Origin: a virus | Virus record (IMG/VR): IMGVR_UViG_3300008954_000023 | Location: 1-64,000 of that record | Reading direction: 5' to 3' (one strand) | DNA: 64,000 bases | Shown here: positions 48,485-57,285 of the stretch, piece by piece | Position numbering within the stretch: position 1 is the stretch's first letter | Layout: the number at the start of each line of letters is the position of its first letter | Made by a program: the position numbers and the translations under genes | Notes under the pieces: model-generated | Told to the model about the DNA's origin: nothing | What the model saw: the letters and a program-made list of their open reading frames with translations, nothing else | Databases searched by the model: none

Positions 48485-50011
48485 AAGGTTGGGATTTCGA
48501 CTGGCCAGCCGCCATGTACGAGTGCCATGGGACAGGAGGCTGGTATGGACGCGGTCGTTCGCATCCGCCTTCTGCGGCAAGCTGATGAGGTAGTCGCCGT
48601 AGAGCTTCGAGAGCTTCCGGTGCTTCATCAGCTCCACTGCCAGAGGCTCACCACGGTCCGAGAAGTACTCAAGCACGTCCTTGTCCGTACTCGGCTGCTT
48701 CACGCCTGAAGATCCACCCTTGGTCATCTTGAAGGGCTTGTTCCCGAGGATGTCCTTGTACGTGCCGTCGGGCTGCTCGACGTAGAAGTACTCCCTTAGG
48801 TGCTTCGTGCTCTTGGGGTTGAACTCCAGACTGCCCGTGATGCGAACAATCTCTCGTTCAAGGTCTGCCAAGTCCTTGGCCATCGCCTCGGCGTACTCGT
48901 AGCACTGGCCGACATCGATCTTGACCCCACGACGTTCCATGAGCCACAAAGTCTTGATGAACGGAACCCGTACTTTCTCCGAGTGCTCCAAGAGTGTGAC
49001 AGGGACATCCTCTCCAGCATCCACACCCTCGGTGATCATGTCTTCGAGGTCGAGCTTGTCGCGGAGGTCATCGACCAGGGCATACGAAGCCCAGGCGTCC
49101 AGACTCGCGTAGTCCATCACCCGCGTCCGAAGGTACTCCACCGGATCGCCAGTGAGGCCCATCAGGTCCATCAGCAGTTCCCACGTGACTTCGTGAGCTT
49201 CGCGAAGCAGAGCTTGATCTTCGAGGACAGAGACCCAGCCGGTCCGGACCTTGTGATTCCGAATGGGCTCTCCACCCAGAAGCTGGATGTAGTCGGAGAT
49301 GTACCCTTTTGGCCCGTAGGTCTTCGTGGCCTGTCCGTGTTTCCGGGCGATGGCCAGGACCTGTCGTGCCTTCAGAGCAAGCCCAGCCCTCAGAGAGAGA
49401 TCGAGTTTCTTCAGATCCTTGATGAGATCCTCTGCCCCATGTACGGCTCCCAGACGGATCAGTACTTTTTTGGCCAGTTCATCGGCCAAAGCCGGATTGT
49501 GGCCGGTGTCCTTCAACTCCAGGATGTCGTGGACTTCGCACATGAGCTTGACCTGTGCGTCCATGTTGCCTGGGTCTCCGAAGACCTCCTTGAAGGAGGT
49601 CATCGTCAGGCCGAGATGATCGTAGGCCGTCTCCTTCAGACCGTGACGACCCTGCCGGTTCTCGTCGTAGAGGTGGTCCTGATCGATAGAGTCCTGGATG
49701 TGCCCCTGAATCCAGATGTCGTGGTTCATCGTCAGGTGCATGTCGTACTTCGCATTCGACATACGCTTCTCGACGTCAGGACTCTCAAGCACCTCTGCGA
49801 AGTACGGCAGCAGCCGGACAGGAGCACAGATGCGAGACTCGTCGCACGCGAAGGAGAAGAACCTGACTCGATCGTTGAGAAGGTCGAGACCTGTGGTCTC
49901 GGTGTCGTAGCCGCAGACTCCCTTCTCCATGTAGTGGGAGTTCCAAAGGACGGCTTCTGCGACAGTGTTGATGTACGTCGGGAAAGGTGTCCTCACAATG
50001 GTAAAGGACAT
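48485..50011 (-). CDS. polA: DNA polymerase family A, exon 1 (3'-5' exonuclease, thumb)
   Basis: YDTETTG (ExoI), NAKYD (ExoII), YASLDA (ExoIII), MERRGVKID, FNPKS, STDKDVL, RLASRNPNL; GGAGG SD. Confidence 0.92.
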
Positions 50012-50028
50012 TGATCCTCCAGTATGAT

Positions 50029-50051
50029 GAGGGGCCCAAAACGGGCCCCTC
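50029..50051. promoter_or_regulatory. Perfect 9-bp GC hairpin just upstream of the polA ribosome-binding site
   Basis: GAGGGGCCC-AAAAC-GGGCCCCTC; no U-tract on the minus strand. Confidence 0.5.
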
Positions 50052-50077
50052 TTGATGTAGCGCGGCCGTAGCCGGGC

Positions 50078-51409
50078 CTACTCCCGGCGACGCCGACGGC
50101 GACGACCCGTCTTCCGGGCCGGCTTCCGGCTTGCGGTCTCCTGCCGCTCTGCCCGCTCCTGCGGCTCCTCGTCGCTGCGAGGTGCACCGCCACTGCTTCC
50201 ACCGCGGTAGTTGCGGTAGCGGCCGCCAGAGGGCGACGAGAAGCTGTGGTTGGTGAAGTCTCGCGGCACGTCGACGTTGAGCTTCCGGGAGTGGAAGGCG
50301 TGGTCACGCGGCTTGTGGATGCTGTTGAAGTCCCACTGCGAGGTGATGGCCTTCCGGATGCCGTTCTCCTCCGTCCACACATAGTTGCCGTCGTCGTCCT
50401 CGCACGGAACCATGTTGTCGTCGTCCTCTTCGTCCTCCTCCCAGTCGATGAGGCTGCTCCCATCGGCGAGCTCGAACTCGGTGACCGGGATGACCTCCTT
50501 CACGACGATGTGCGTCCCCGTGCTCTCGCCCTCCTTCTTGACGAAGGCCACGACCTCGAAGGCCGAGAGGGCCTCGGGCTCGTCGCAGTCGCTGCAGGCC
50601 GACTCGAAGTCGGGGAAGCCGGTGTGTCCGCAGTGGGAGCAGGTCTGCCGTTCATCGCGGAACTTCGACACCTCCGACGCCTTCATGTCATCGAGGTCTG
50701 CGCTGCTGAGCACCTCGCTCTCGCACTCCTCACAGACGAAGCACACAGGCGTCAGATCACCACCGCAGCGGCAGAACTTCGCAGCCTCGTCGGCGATGCG
50801 CGCGAGGTCGTCGCGGTGGTTGGCCCCGACCTCGAGGTACTTCTTCTTGAAGAGGGCGACCTCCTTCTGCTCCAGCTTGTTGCCGATGCCCTCCCTGATC
50901 TCTCGGATCTCGCGAGGCGTCTCCACGACCTGCAGGGAGCGGATCGGATCACCCCGACGCGCGGTCTCCGTGTCTCGCTCGTACCGCTTCACACGGCCAT
51001 CCCGGTCGAGAACCTCCTTCTTCGCGTACAGGGCCAGGTGGAGGATGTTGAAGCTGAAGTTGTCGTTGAGACCGACACGACGATCCCCGCGGTCCTTCGC
51101 GAAGCACGGCAGGCAGTCCACTTCGCCGTAGTCCAGTGCACAGCGATCCGAGTAGAACGACCCGGCTCCCTTGGGGGCGAGACGCATCTTGTGCATCTTG
51201 CAGGTGTGGAAGTAGAACTTGTCCTTGCTGTCGTCCGGGGCCGGGTAGTCCCCGTCGGTCAGCAGGATCGGGGTGAGCTCGTCCCGGGGGATGTTGAAGC
51301 GGTCCTTCCAGTTGCCGCGCCATCCGCCTCCGCCCTTTCCCTTTCGAGACCTTCTTCCCCGTAGCGTGGACTGTCGCAGTCCGACCTTGCGGCCTTCTGA
51401 GCTACTCAT
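50078..51409 (-). CDS. Putative single-stranded DNA-binding/annealing protein with Zn-ribbon inserts
   Basis: 443 aa between primase and polA; H...C...CLPC plus several CxxC pairs; extreme GC3 bias suggests high expression; function inferred from position. Confidence 0.5.
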   Translation of the reverse strand: MSSSEGRKVGLRQSTLRGRRSRKGKGGGGWRGNWKDRFNIPRDELTPILLTDGDYPAPDDSKDKFYFHTCKMHKMRLAPKGAGSFYSDRCALDYGEVDCLPCFAKDRGDRRVGLNDNFSFNILHLALYAKKEVLDRDGRVKRYERDTETARRGDPIRSLQVVETPREIREIREGIGNKLEQKEVALFKKKYLEVGANHRDDLARIADEAAKFCRCGGDLTPVCFVCEECESEVLSSADLDDMKASEVSKFRDERQTCSHCGHTGFPDFESACSDCDEPEALSAFEVVAFVKKEGESTGTHIVVKEVIPVTEFELADGSSLIDWEEDEEDDDNMVPCEDDDGNYVWTEENGIRKAITSQWDFNSIHKPRDHAFHSRKLNVDVPRDFTNHSFSSPSGGRYRNYRGGSSGGAPRSDEEPQERAERQETASRKPARKTGRRRRRRRE

Positions 51410-52481
51410 TCGATCGTCTCCATTGACGTAGAGTGTATGGATTGTTGGTTGATTCGTAGAGCTCGTCTCCAGTCAGCGCATCTGGCTGGACCCCTACGAA
51501 ACGATAAGGATACCGGGCTACCAGCACCCTTAAAGCTCTGAGCTTATGGCCTATTCTAACCGTTCCTTTACGACCGGGCTCGTCGTCGTCCAGACACAAA
51601 ATGACCGTACAGCCGATTCTTTCGAGAAACGTCTGCTGAGCCACACTCAGACTTGTGCCCATGAGCGCACAGGTGTTCTCGAAGCCGTGCTGGACCATCC
51701 AGAGACACGCTTTGTATCCTTCCGTCAGGTACAGAACACCGCCCGATCCCCCGTAAAGCCGGTCATAGATTCGGTCCCATCGCCACAAGTAGTCCTTGTT
51801 GCTGAAATGGTACCCGGGGAACCCCATGTCGCGGAGCTCCTTCTCGTAGACCCTGTACTTTCCTCCCCTCCCATGATCCGGCTTTCCCGCAAATCCTGCG
51901 AGAGTGCCATACAGATCTCGGATGGGGTAGATCACACGGCCACGCGCGATGTCGTAGCCGATGTCGTGGTCCCGAAGCACATCCTCATCGAACCCCTCAT
52001 ACAGTAGAGATTCGGGAGCGAACTCGAAGAGGCCCAGGACTTTCTCTGGGAGTGGGTACGAGGTCTCGAACAGCTTCGCAGAACGACTACCAGGCTTCTT
52101 CCTCTCGGTCGGTACGAGATGGGGCTTCAATCTTTGAAGAGTACTCTTCACGTACTCTTGAGATCTTCCGAGCTTCTTCAGGAGGGAGCCGAGGCCTCCG
52201 CCTCCGCAACCTGCGAAGCAGTTCCACTGCCCTGTGGCAGCATTGAAGGAGAAGGATGGCTTAGATTTCCCCCGTTCCTCGCCGTGAATGGGACAGAAAC
52301 CAATCCAGTTTGAGCCGCCGCTCGGTCTTAGACCCTCGATGTAGCGATGGGCCAGTTCGAGAGCGGCACTATTCCCAGAGCCCGGGAGGGAGCCTCGTCG
52401 GGCTTCTTTCCCTCTTTCCCTTCTTGCGGTGGCTCTTTCCTCCGCCTCCTCCGCTGTTCGTATTCTCCTCTTTCGAGTCAT
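51402..52481 (-). CDS. dnaG: DnaG-like DNA primase
   Basis: CPIHGE...PSFS...WNCFAGC Zn finger; RVIYPIRD...GFAG; TEGY; CLDDDEPG TOPRIM DxD. Confidence 0.88.
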   Translation of the reverse strand: MTRKRRIRTAEEAEERATARRERGKEARRGSLPGSGNSAALELAHRYIEGLRPSGGSNWIGFCPIHGEERGKSKPSFSFNAATGQWNCFAGCGGGGLGSLLKKLGRSQEYVKSTLQRLKPHLVPTERKKPGSRSAKLFETSYPLPEKVLGLFEFAPESLLYEGFDEDVLRDHDIGYDIARGRVIYPIRDLYGTLAGFAGKPDHGRGGKYRVYEKELRDMGFPGYHFSNKDYLWRWDRIYDRLYGGSGGVLYLTEGYKACLWMVQHGFENTCALMGTSLSVAQQTFLERIGCTVILCLDDDEPGRKGTVRIGHKLRALRVLVARYPYRFVGVQPDALTGDELYESTNNPYTLRQWRRSNE

Positions 52482-55038
52482 CGACCTTGTTGTCCTTCAG
52501 GAATGCCTCCACGTTTGCGTTCTCCATCCTCAGCGAGAAGTCTGCGCCAGGCCATGCGTTGACGATCATCGGATTCAACAGCGCATCCCGAACTCCGGGG
52601 AAGACCAGGAGTAGTGCTGGCTTACCAGTCACAGGGTCTCTACCCTTGAAGATGCGGATGACCAGGTCAGCATCCTGTCCGATGGCATCTGCAAAGGCCA
52701 GCTCTCCCAGGTCATCACCACGGCCCTTGGCGGCTCCGCGGTTTGCCTGAGTGGTTCCGATTACTGGAACGGAGAGCTGCTGGCCCATGTTTTTCAGGTC
52801 CGCACTGATGTTCGAGATCTGCTTCCAATCCCGGCTCGTCACCCGTGTTCGGCCATCGCGCATCAGGTAGAACCCGTCCACGAGGATGAGGTCTGGCTCG
52901 AACTTCTCTGCCTCTGCCATGATGACGTCGACCGTCGCGCCTTTCCTCCCCTTGAGATTCTTGTCGCTCAGGAAGCTCATTGCAGCCTGACGCTTGGTGT
53001 CCGGGTTGATCTCCTTGTCCCAGTGCTCGAACGAGTCGAGCATGTCGAAGTAATGCTCCCGATTGATGTCGCTCAGAGTCCCTGTCTTGATCTCGTGGTA
53101 GTCAAGACCTGCCAGGATGGAAGCAACTCGACGGGCCATCTGCTTGTCTGACATCTCCTTCGAGTAGATGAGTACCCGTCGTCCGTTGAGGTAAGCATCT
53201 GCGCATATGGCAAGGGCCAGCCAGGTGTTGTGGACTACGAAGCCTTCAACAACGAAGTTTGGATCCTGTCCGTCCTCAATGATCAGATCCCAGCACTCCC
53301 TCTTCCCAATAGGGGTGATGTCCTTGATCTGCTCCCACATCAAGTCCTGAGCTGCGATCTTCCGTAGCGGTTCAGAGTCCCATGCGTTCGCGATCTTCTT
53401 CAGCAGACGACGACTGATCTTCCCTGTCCGTCTAAAGAGCTTGCTTCGATCCAGATAGGATTGGCCCATCTTTGGCCATTCCTTTGTACCTTTCTCACGA
53501 AGGATGAGGGACATCAGCTCTTCGGAGTATGGCACTCCATCTACGTTCCGTTTGGTGGCTCGTGGCTCTGCCAGCTTCTCCAGCCCTTCTCTCTTCCTGG
53601 GACACTTCACATATGGGAGCATCTCACGTGCCAGAGCCTGATGCGGACCCAGCCCGTAGGCTGAGACAGACCATTGTCCGCTATGGCTATTGGAGGCAAA
53701 CGAGAGTTGCGCAGCAGTGCCCAGCCTCTTGAGCAGGTGATGGATTCCTCGAGCCAGCTTCTCACTGGCTGTGTACCATGCCACTTTGTAGGGCTTCTTT
53801 GTCCATACGGTCCCGTCGGTATCGAGGAGGCCTGCCAGGAAGGCTGCTACGGATGCCGGGCTGGAGGTGAAGATCCACTCAGGGACTTCCTTATCCACGG
53901 CCTTCTTGCCGTGGATACCCATACTTCGAAGTGCTCGAAGTGCGTGGTTGGTCCCAGGAACCTCAGAGATGATCCGGTACTCATGAGCGCGATACGCCGC
54001 AACAACTTTGCAGCGATACAGCTCCCGACAGATCCGGTCTACCTCATCGACGATCTCTGTATCGACGTTCGTGAACTGAAGCTCATTGCGGGTGTAGTTC
54101 CCATCACCAATCAATGCCCCGATGACCCATGCCTCTTCCGGATGGTCAATGACCCACTCCCACTCTGGAACTGCTCGGGTCGTAGCGATCCAGTCTCCTA
54201 CCTCCAGGTTGCAAATCCTCTCGTAGACATCCTCAAAGGATCCTTCAGGAACCATGAAGAGATGTTCGGTGCTGGTCTCCACGACATGCCCGGACATCGT
54301 AGTGACCCGGACACACTCCTTGTCTCCACTCGGAACCTTTCTTGCCTGTGCCCAGCGGAGCTTCTCCGTGCTCTTGGTGTAGGACGCCACTTCGTTGTGG
54401 TCGGCCAGTTCTTCAATAGGGACGAGATGTCCGGACGGGACCATGATCTTTTGTCCCGCCACGACGCACTTCATAGATTTCGGACGAGCGTAGATGACGA
54501 TGAAGTCCTCGGGGTGCATCCCTCCTGTGCCTCTGTTGAGAGGGGCCCAGGGGAAAGGGAGACCGGTGATCCCCCCGGTCTCCATCATCGTCGTGTAGTC
54601 GCCCTTCAGCAGCGGAGCCGCACTGGCCATCAGAAGGTGGTTGCTCTTCCCGCCTGAGACGTTGAGATCCTTCAGACGAGGAAGCAGTGCCTGCAGCACC
54701 AGACTCGGATCGAGGCCATCAAGAAGGAGCTTCTCTGTCTCGTCGAGAGCATCCTTCATACCGGCAGTCAGGCGACGGTCTTCCAGCTCTGTAATGAGCG
54801 AGTCGACCGAGTCTCGGCTCGTGACCGGCTTGAAGTTGCCGAACCTGCGGCAGACTTTCCCGAAGTCCGGGACCTCTCCCAGATGCTGCGGATGGTTGAA
54901 GTGCTCGTGCATCCACTGGAAGATCTCTCGAGCCTCCCCCGTAAGGAAAAGGTCCGGGGTCACTCCGCGTTGCCGTATCTGCGTAAAGCTACCAGATCGG
55001 ATGATGGCAGACAGGAGTGCCAGCTCAGGATTGGCCAT
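52369..55038 (-). CDS. dnaB: DnaB-like replicative helicase, intein-containing
   Basis: ITGLPFPW..LN..TGG, IYARPKSMK|T, SKEM, ILVDGFYLM, TTQANR, DAIGQDADL. Confidence 0.92.
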   Translation of the reverse strand: MANPELALLSAIIRSGSFTQIRQRGVTPDLFLTGEAREIFQWMHEHFNHPQHLGEVPDFGKVCRRFGNFKPVTSRDSVDSLITELEDRRLTAGMKDALDETEKLLLDGLDPSLVLQALLPRLKDLNVSGGKSNHLLMASAAPLLKGDYTTMMETGGITGLPFPWAPLNRGTGGMHPEDFIVIYARPKSMKCVVAGQKIMVPSGHLVPIEELADHNEVASYTKSTEKLRWAQARKVPSGDKECVRVTTMSGHVVETSTEHLFMVPEGSFEDVYERICNLEVGDWIATTRAVPEWEWVIDHPEEAWVIGALIGDGNYTRNELQFTNVDTEIVDEVDRICRELYRCKVVAAYRAHEYRIISEVPGTNHALRALRSMGIHGKKAVDKEVPEWIFTSSPASVAAFLAGLLDTDGTVWTKKPYKVAWYTASEKLARGIHHLLKRLGTAAQLSFASNSHSGQWSVSAYGLGPHQALAREMLPYVKCPRKREGLEKLAEPRATKRNVDGVPYSEELMSLILREKGTKEWPKMGQSYLDRSKLFRRTGKISRRLLKKIANAWDSEPLRKIAAQDLMWEQIKDITPIGKRECWDLIIEDGQDPNFVVEGFVVHNTWLALAICADAYLNGRRVLIYSKEMSDKQMARRVASILAGLDYHEIKTGTLSDINREHYFDMLDSFEHWDKEINPDTKRQAAMSFLSDKNLKGRKGATVDVIMAEAEKFEPDLILVDGFYLMRDGRTRVTSRDWKQISNISADLKNMGQQLSVPVIGTTQANRGAAKGRGDDLGELAFADAIGQDADLVIRIFKGRDPVTGKPALLLVFPGVRDALLNPMIVNAWPGADFSLRMENANVEAFLKDNKVDDSKEENTNSGGGGGKSHRKKGKRERSPTRLPPGLWE
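53227..54468 (-). mobile_element. Intein (414 aa) with LAGLIDADG endonuclease in the DnaB Walker A
   Basis: N-terminal CVVAGQKI, block B TSTEHLF, IGALIGDG and FLAGLLDTDG, C-terminal NFVVEGFVVHN followed by Thr+1. Confidence 0.95.
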
Positions 55039-55349
55039 CAGAGCTCCGGGTCGTCATCGTCGAGGGTGACCGTCTCATCGTCATCGTCGACGAGAGGTTC
55101 CTCTTCGCGTGTGCCTCCCGCACTTAACCCGATCGTAGCCATCAGGTCGCTCACCAGCTGGTCTGTCCCGCGTTTGAACACTTCCCACACATCGTCCTTG
55201 ACAGTAACGATGGTCTCCTGTTTCGACGCAATCAGATGCTCTTCGTCACCGTTCGAGAAGTAGATGTTGGAGGTGAGGATGGCCACCCTTTGTGGGATGA
55301 CCAACTCCACCTTCAACACGTCGTGCCGGATGCTCACCCAGACACCCAC
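55038..55349 (-). CDS. Hypothetical protein
   Basis: TGATG coupling to dnaB; acidic tail. Confidence 0.6.
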   Translation of the reverse strand: MGVWVSIRHDVLKVELVIPQRVAILTSNIYFSNGDEEHLIASKQETIVTVKDDVWEVFKRGTDQLVSDLMATIGLSAGGTREEEPLVDDDDETVTLDDDDPEL

Positions 55350-55672
55350 TCCTCGAAGAGTGTCCGAGCCTTCTCGAAGACGTCGGGCAAGTTCTCTTCT
55401 GCGACGGCGGCGGCTGCTGCCAACGCGTCAGAGACGGCCTCTTCATCCTGGGCACAGGTCAGAGCGACGGAGACGTGCGCGCCGTAGCCCTTCCCGTAGT
55501 TGTTGTCCTTCATGTCCATCGATGCCGTCACACGGGCTTCCGTCCCGTTGAGCATCAAGGCACGAAGTGGATCGATCGTCGGCATCTTCACCTCCTGGGT
55601 GTGTTGGCCGTGGTAGGTCTTGACCTCGCCGTCGTTGACGAGGGTGATTGTCAGTGTGACCGCTGCTTTCAC
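55334..55672 (-). CDS. Hypothetical protein
   Basis: GTGA coupling; GC3-rich. Confidence 0.65.
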   Translation of the reverse strand: MKAAVTLTITLVNDGEVKTYHGQHTQEVKMPTIDPLRALMLNGTEARVTASMDMKDNNYGKGYGAHVSVALTCAQDEEAVSDALAAAAAVAEENLPDVFEKARTLFEEWVSG

Positions 55673-56082
55673 TTGAATCTCACCGAGGCCGCCCGCTGCT
55701 TGGTTCGGACGAACTCCTTGTACACCGCCTCAAGCTCTGCCGGAAGACGGAGGATCTGATGTGCGGCTGCGGTGTACTGCAGCACTCCCATTCGGATCAG
55801 AAGGTCGACGTCGCCCCGGGCCTGGGCCTCTTCCAGCAGACCTTCGAGGTCGACTTCGGCCTGCAGCTTGGAGGTGCTCACAGTGATCATGATGGGGCCG
55901 AGCTCGTGCTTCCCTGGTCCCAGCTTCCGAGCCGCTTCCTTGGCCGCCTTCTCTGCCTTTGGAAGCTCAACCTCGAGATCTCTGTACGCCTCCCACAGCT
56001 CTGGCTCTGCCTCGCCAATGGCGGCTTGAAGCTCCTCCATGTCCTCTCGAATGGTCTGAAGGGCTGCGAGCGGGTCAGCCAT
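55669..56082 (-). CDS. Hypothetical protein
   Basis: 137-aa ORF in the operon. Confidence 0.65.
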   Translation of the reverse strand: MADPLAALQTIREDMEELQAAIGEAEPELWEAYRDLEVELPKAEKAAKEAARKLGPGKHELGPIMITVSTSKLQAEVDLEGLLEEAQARGDVDLLIRMGVLQYTAAAHQILRLPAELEAVYKEFVRTKQRAASVRFK

Positions 56083-56842
56083 CGTCGCTCAGGAGCAGGG
56101 ACTCGCCATGCACCTTGTGGCCCAGCTCCTCCACCAGGGAGAGGGCGTACCGTAGGTCTTCCATGATGGCGTAGGTGACCCCTCGCTTCTTCTTGATCTG
56201 CGCAGCATCTCCTTTCCGAAGCGCGTAGCTCGGATCGAGTAGAGCCATCATCGGGTAGCGAACAGCCACGCCTGTGGGAGGAGAGGGGACAGAGATGTCG
56301 AAGATCCTGCCGCGCTTATGGGTAATCGGCACCATCTTGCCGACCAGGGCACTCGCTGCCGTCTTTCCTGTGGCGATGATGAGCTTCGGGTCCACCGCAT
56401 AGATGGCTCGCTGGAGCCGTTCCCTGCACGCCTTCACTTCATTCCTCGAAGGCGACCTGTTGTCCTCTGGGAAGCACATCACGATATTCGTCCAGTAGAT
56501 GTACTCGTCGAGCAGGTCTCTGGCGGCATCGAAGTATTCGGCCTCGTTCTCGATCTCCCTGATCGACTCAACGACCTCTCGGTCGGGCCACACATTGAGA
56601 ATGAGATCCATGAGGAGCTCTCCGGCGGGCCCTCGGAAGGACTCTCCCATCCCATCTCCAATAGATCCCGGAGCCTGACCGATCACCATTAGCGAAGCCG
56701 AGGCACTTCCACTGCCGAAGACGATCTGGTTTCGGTTGGCACAGAGCGAAGGACACTTCTGACAGTCCCGGTACTCGTCTCGCAGGCTCACCAAGGCCGG
56801 GAGCCCGACAGACGGAGCGAAATGGGCGAGGGCGGAGCTCAT
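56075..56842 (-). CDS. Uracil-DNA glycosylase family 4-like protein with altered catalytic motifs
   Basis: CQKC..L...R..IVFGSG, GQAPG, FRGPAG, TNIVMCFP..NRSP...C, LLDPSY. Confidence 0.8.
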   Translation of the reverse strand: MSSALAHFAPSVGLPALVSLRDEYRDCQKCPSLCANRNQIVFGSGSASASLMVIGQAPGSIGDGMGESFRGPAGELLMDLILNVWPDREVVESIREIENEAEYFDAARDLLDEYIYWTNIVMCFPEDNRSPSRNEVKACRERLQRAIYAVDPKLIIATGKTAASALVGKMVPITHKRGRIFDISVPSPPTGVAVRYPMMALLDPSYALRKGDAAQIKKKRGVTYAIMEDLRYALSLVEELGHKVHGESLLLSDDG

Positions 56843-57285
56843 CGAGTTGGGTCGATGTTGACGAAGTGCCCAGCGGTCCAGCGGTTGGTAGGCTCGTTGC
56901 GTACTCGTGTCCCAGGCGGTGGCCGAAGGATGGGTGACTCACGGGCCGGCTTCTCTGCTCGACGAGGCGGCTTCTCGATGCACGTCTTGTAGAGTCCGCA
57001 GATGCTCTCGTTCCGCCTCAGGTCAAGGAAGATGTCCGCGTTGACGGGCAAATCCGTAGGACCGGCCATCGGCGGGATGGGGATGGGGTGGATGTTCGTC
57101 TTGATGGTCCCCTTGTCAGGGACGTGCTGCACGATGAGCTCCAAGGCATCCACCAGCTCAACGCACGCACCTTCCCGGAAGTTCTTCCGCTGCCGCTTGA
57201 AGTCTCCCTTCGCTTTCCCGATGTAGTAGTACGCGCCCACGCGCACACCGATCAGGTCTTCCATGTAGTTCTCGTTCTTCTCCAT
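56839..57285 (-). CDS. Hypothetical protein
   Basis: GC3-rich ORF; start at 57285 or 57264. Confidence 0.6.
   Translation of the reverse strand: MEKNENYMEDLIGVRVGAYYYIGKAKGDFKRQRKNFREGACVELVDALELIVQHVPDKGTIKTNIHPIPIPPMAGPTDLPVNADIFLDLRRNESICGLYKTCIEKPPRRAEKPARESPILRPPPGTRVRNEPTNRWTAGHFVNIDPTR

Noticed and set aside
49118-49576. Second intein within polA exon 1
   Set aside because: No Cys/Ser N-terminus with block A and no His-Asn C-terminus
50246-51364. Long antisense ORFs (also 3330-4175, 23201-24787, 29436-30911, 41043-42251, 48800-50014, 53674-54657, 62220-63824)
   Set aside because: Shadow frames produced by high GC3 on the opposite, motif-bearing strand; they have no recognisable motifs
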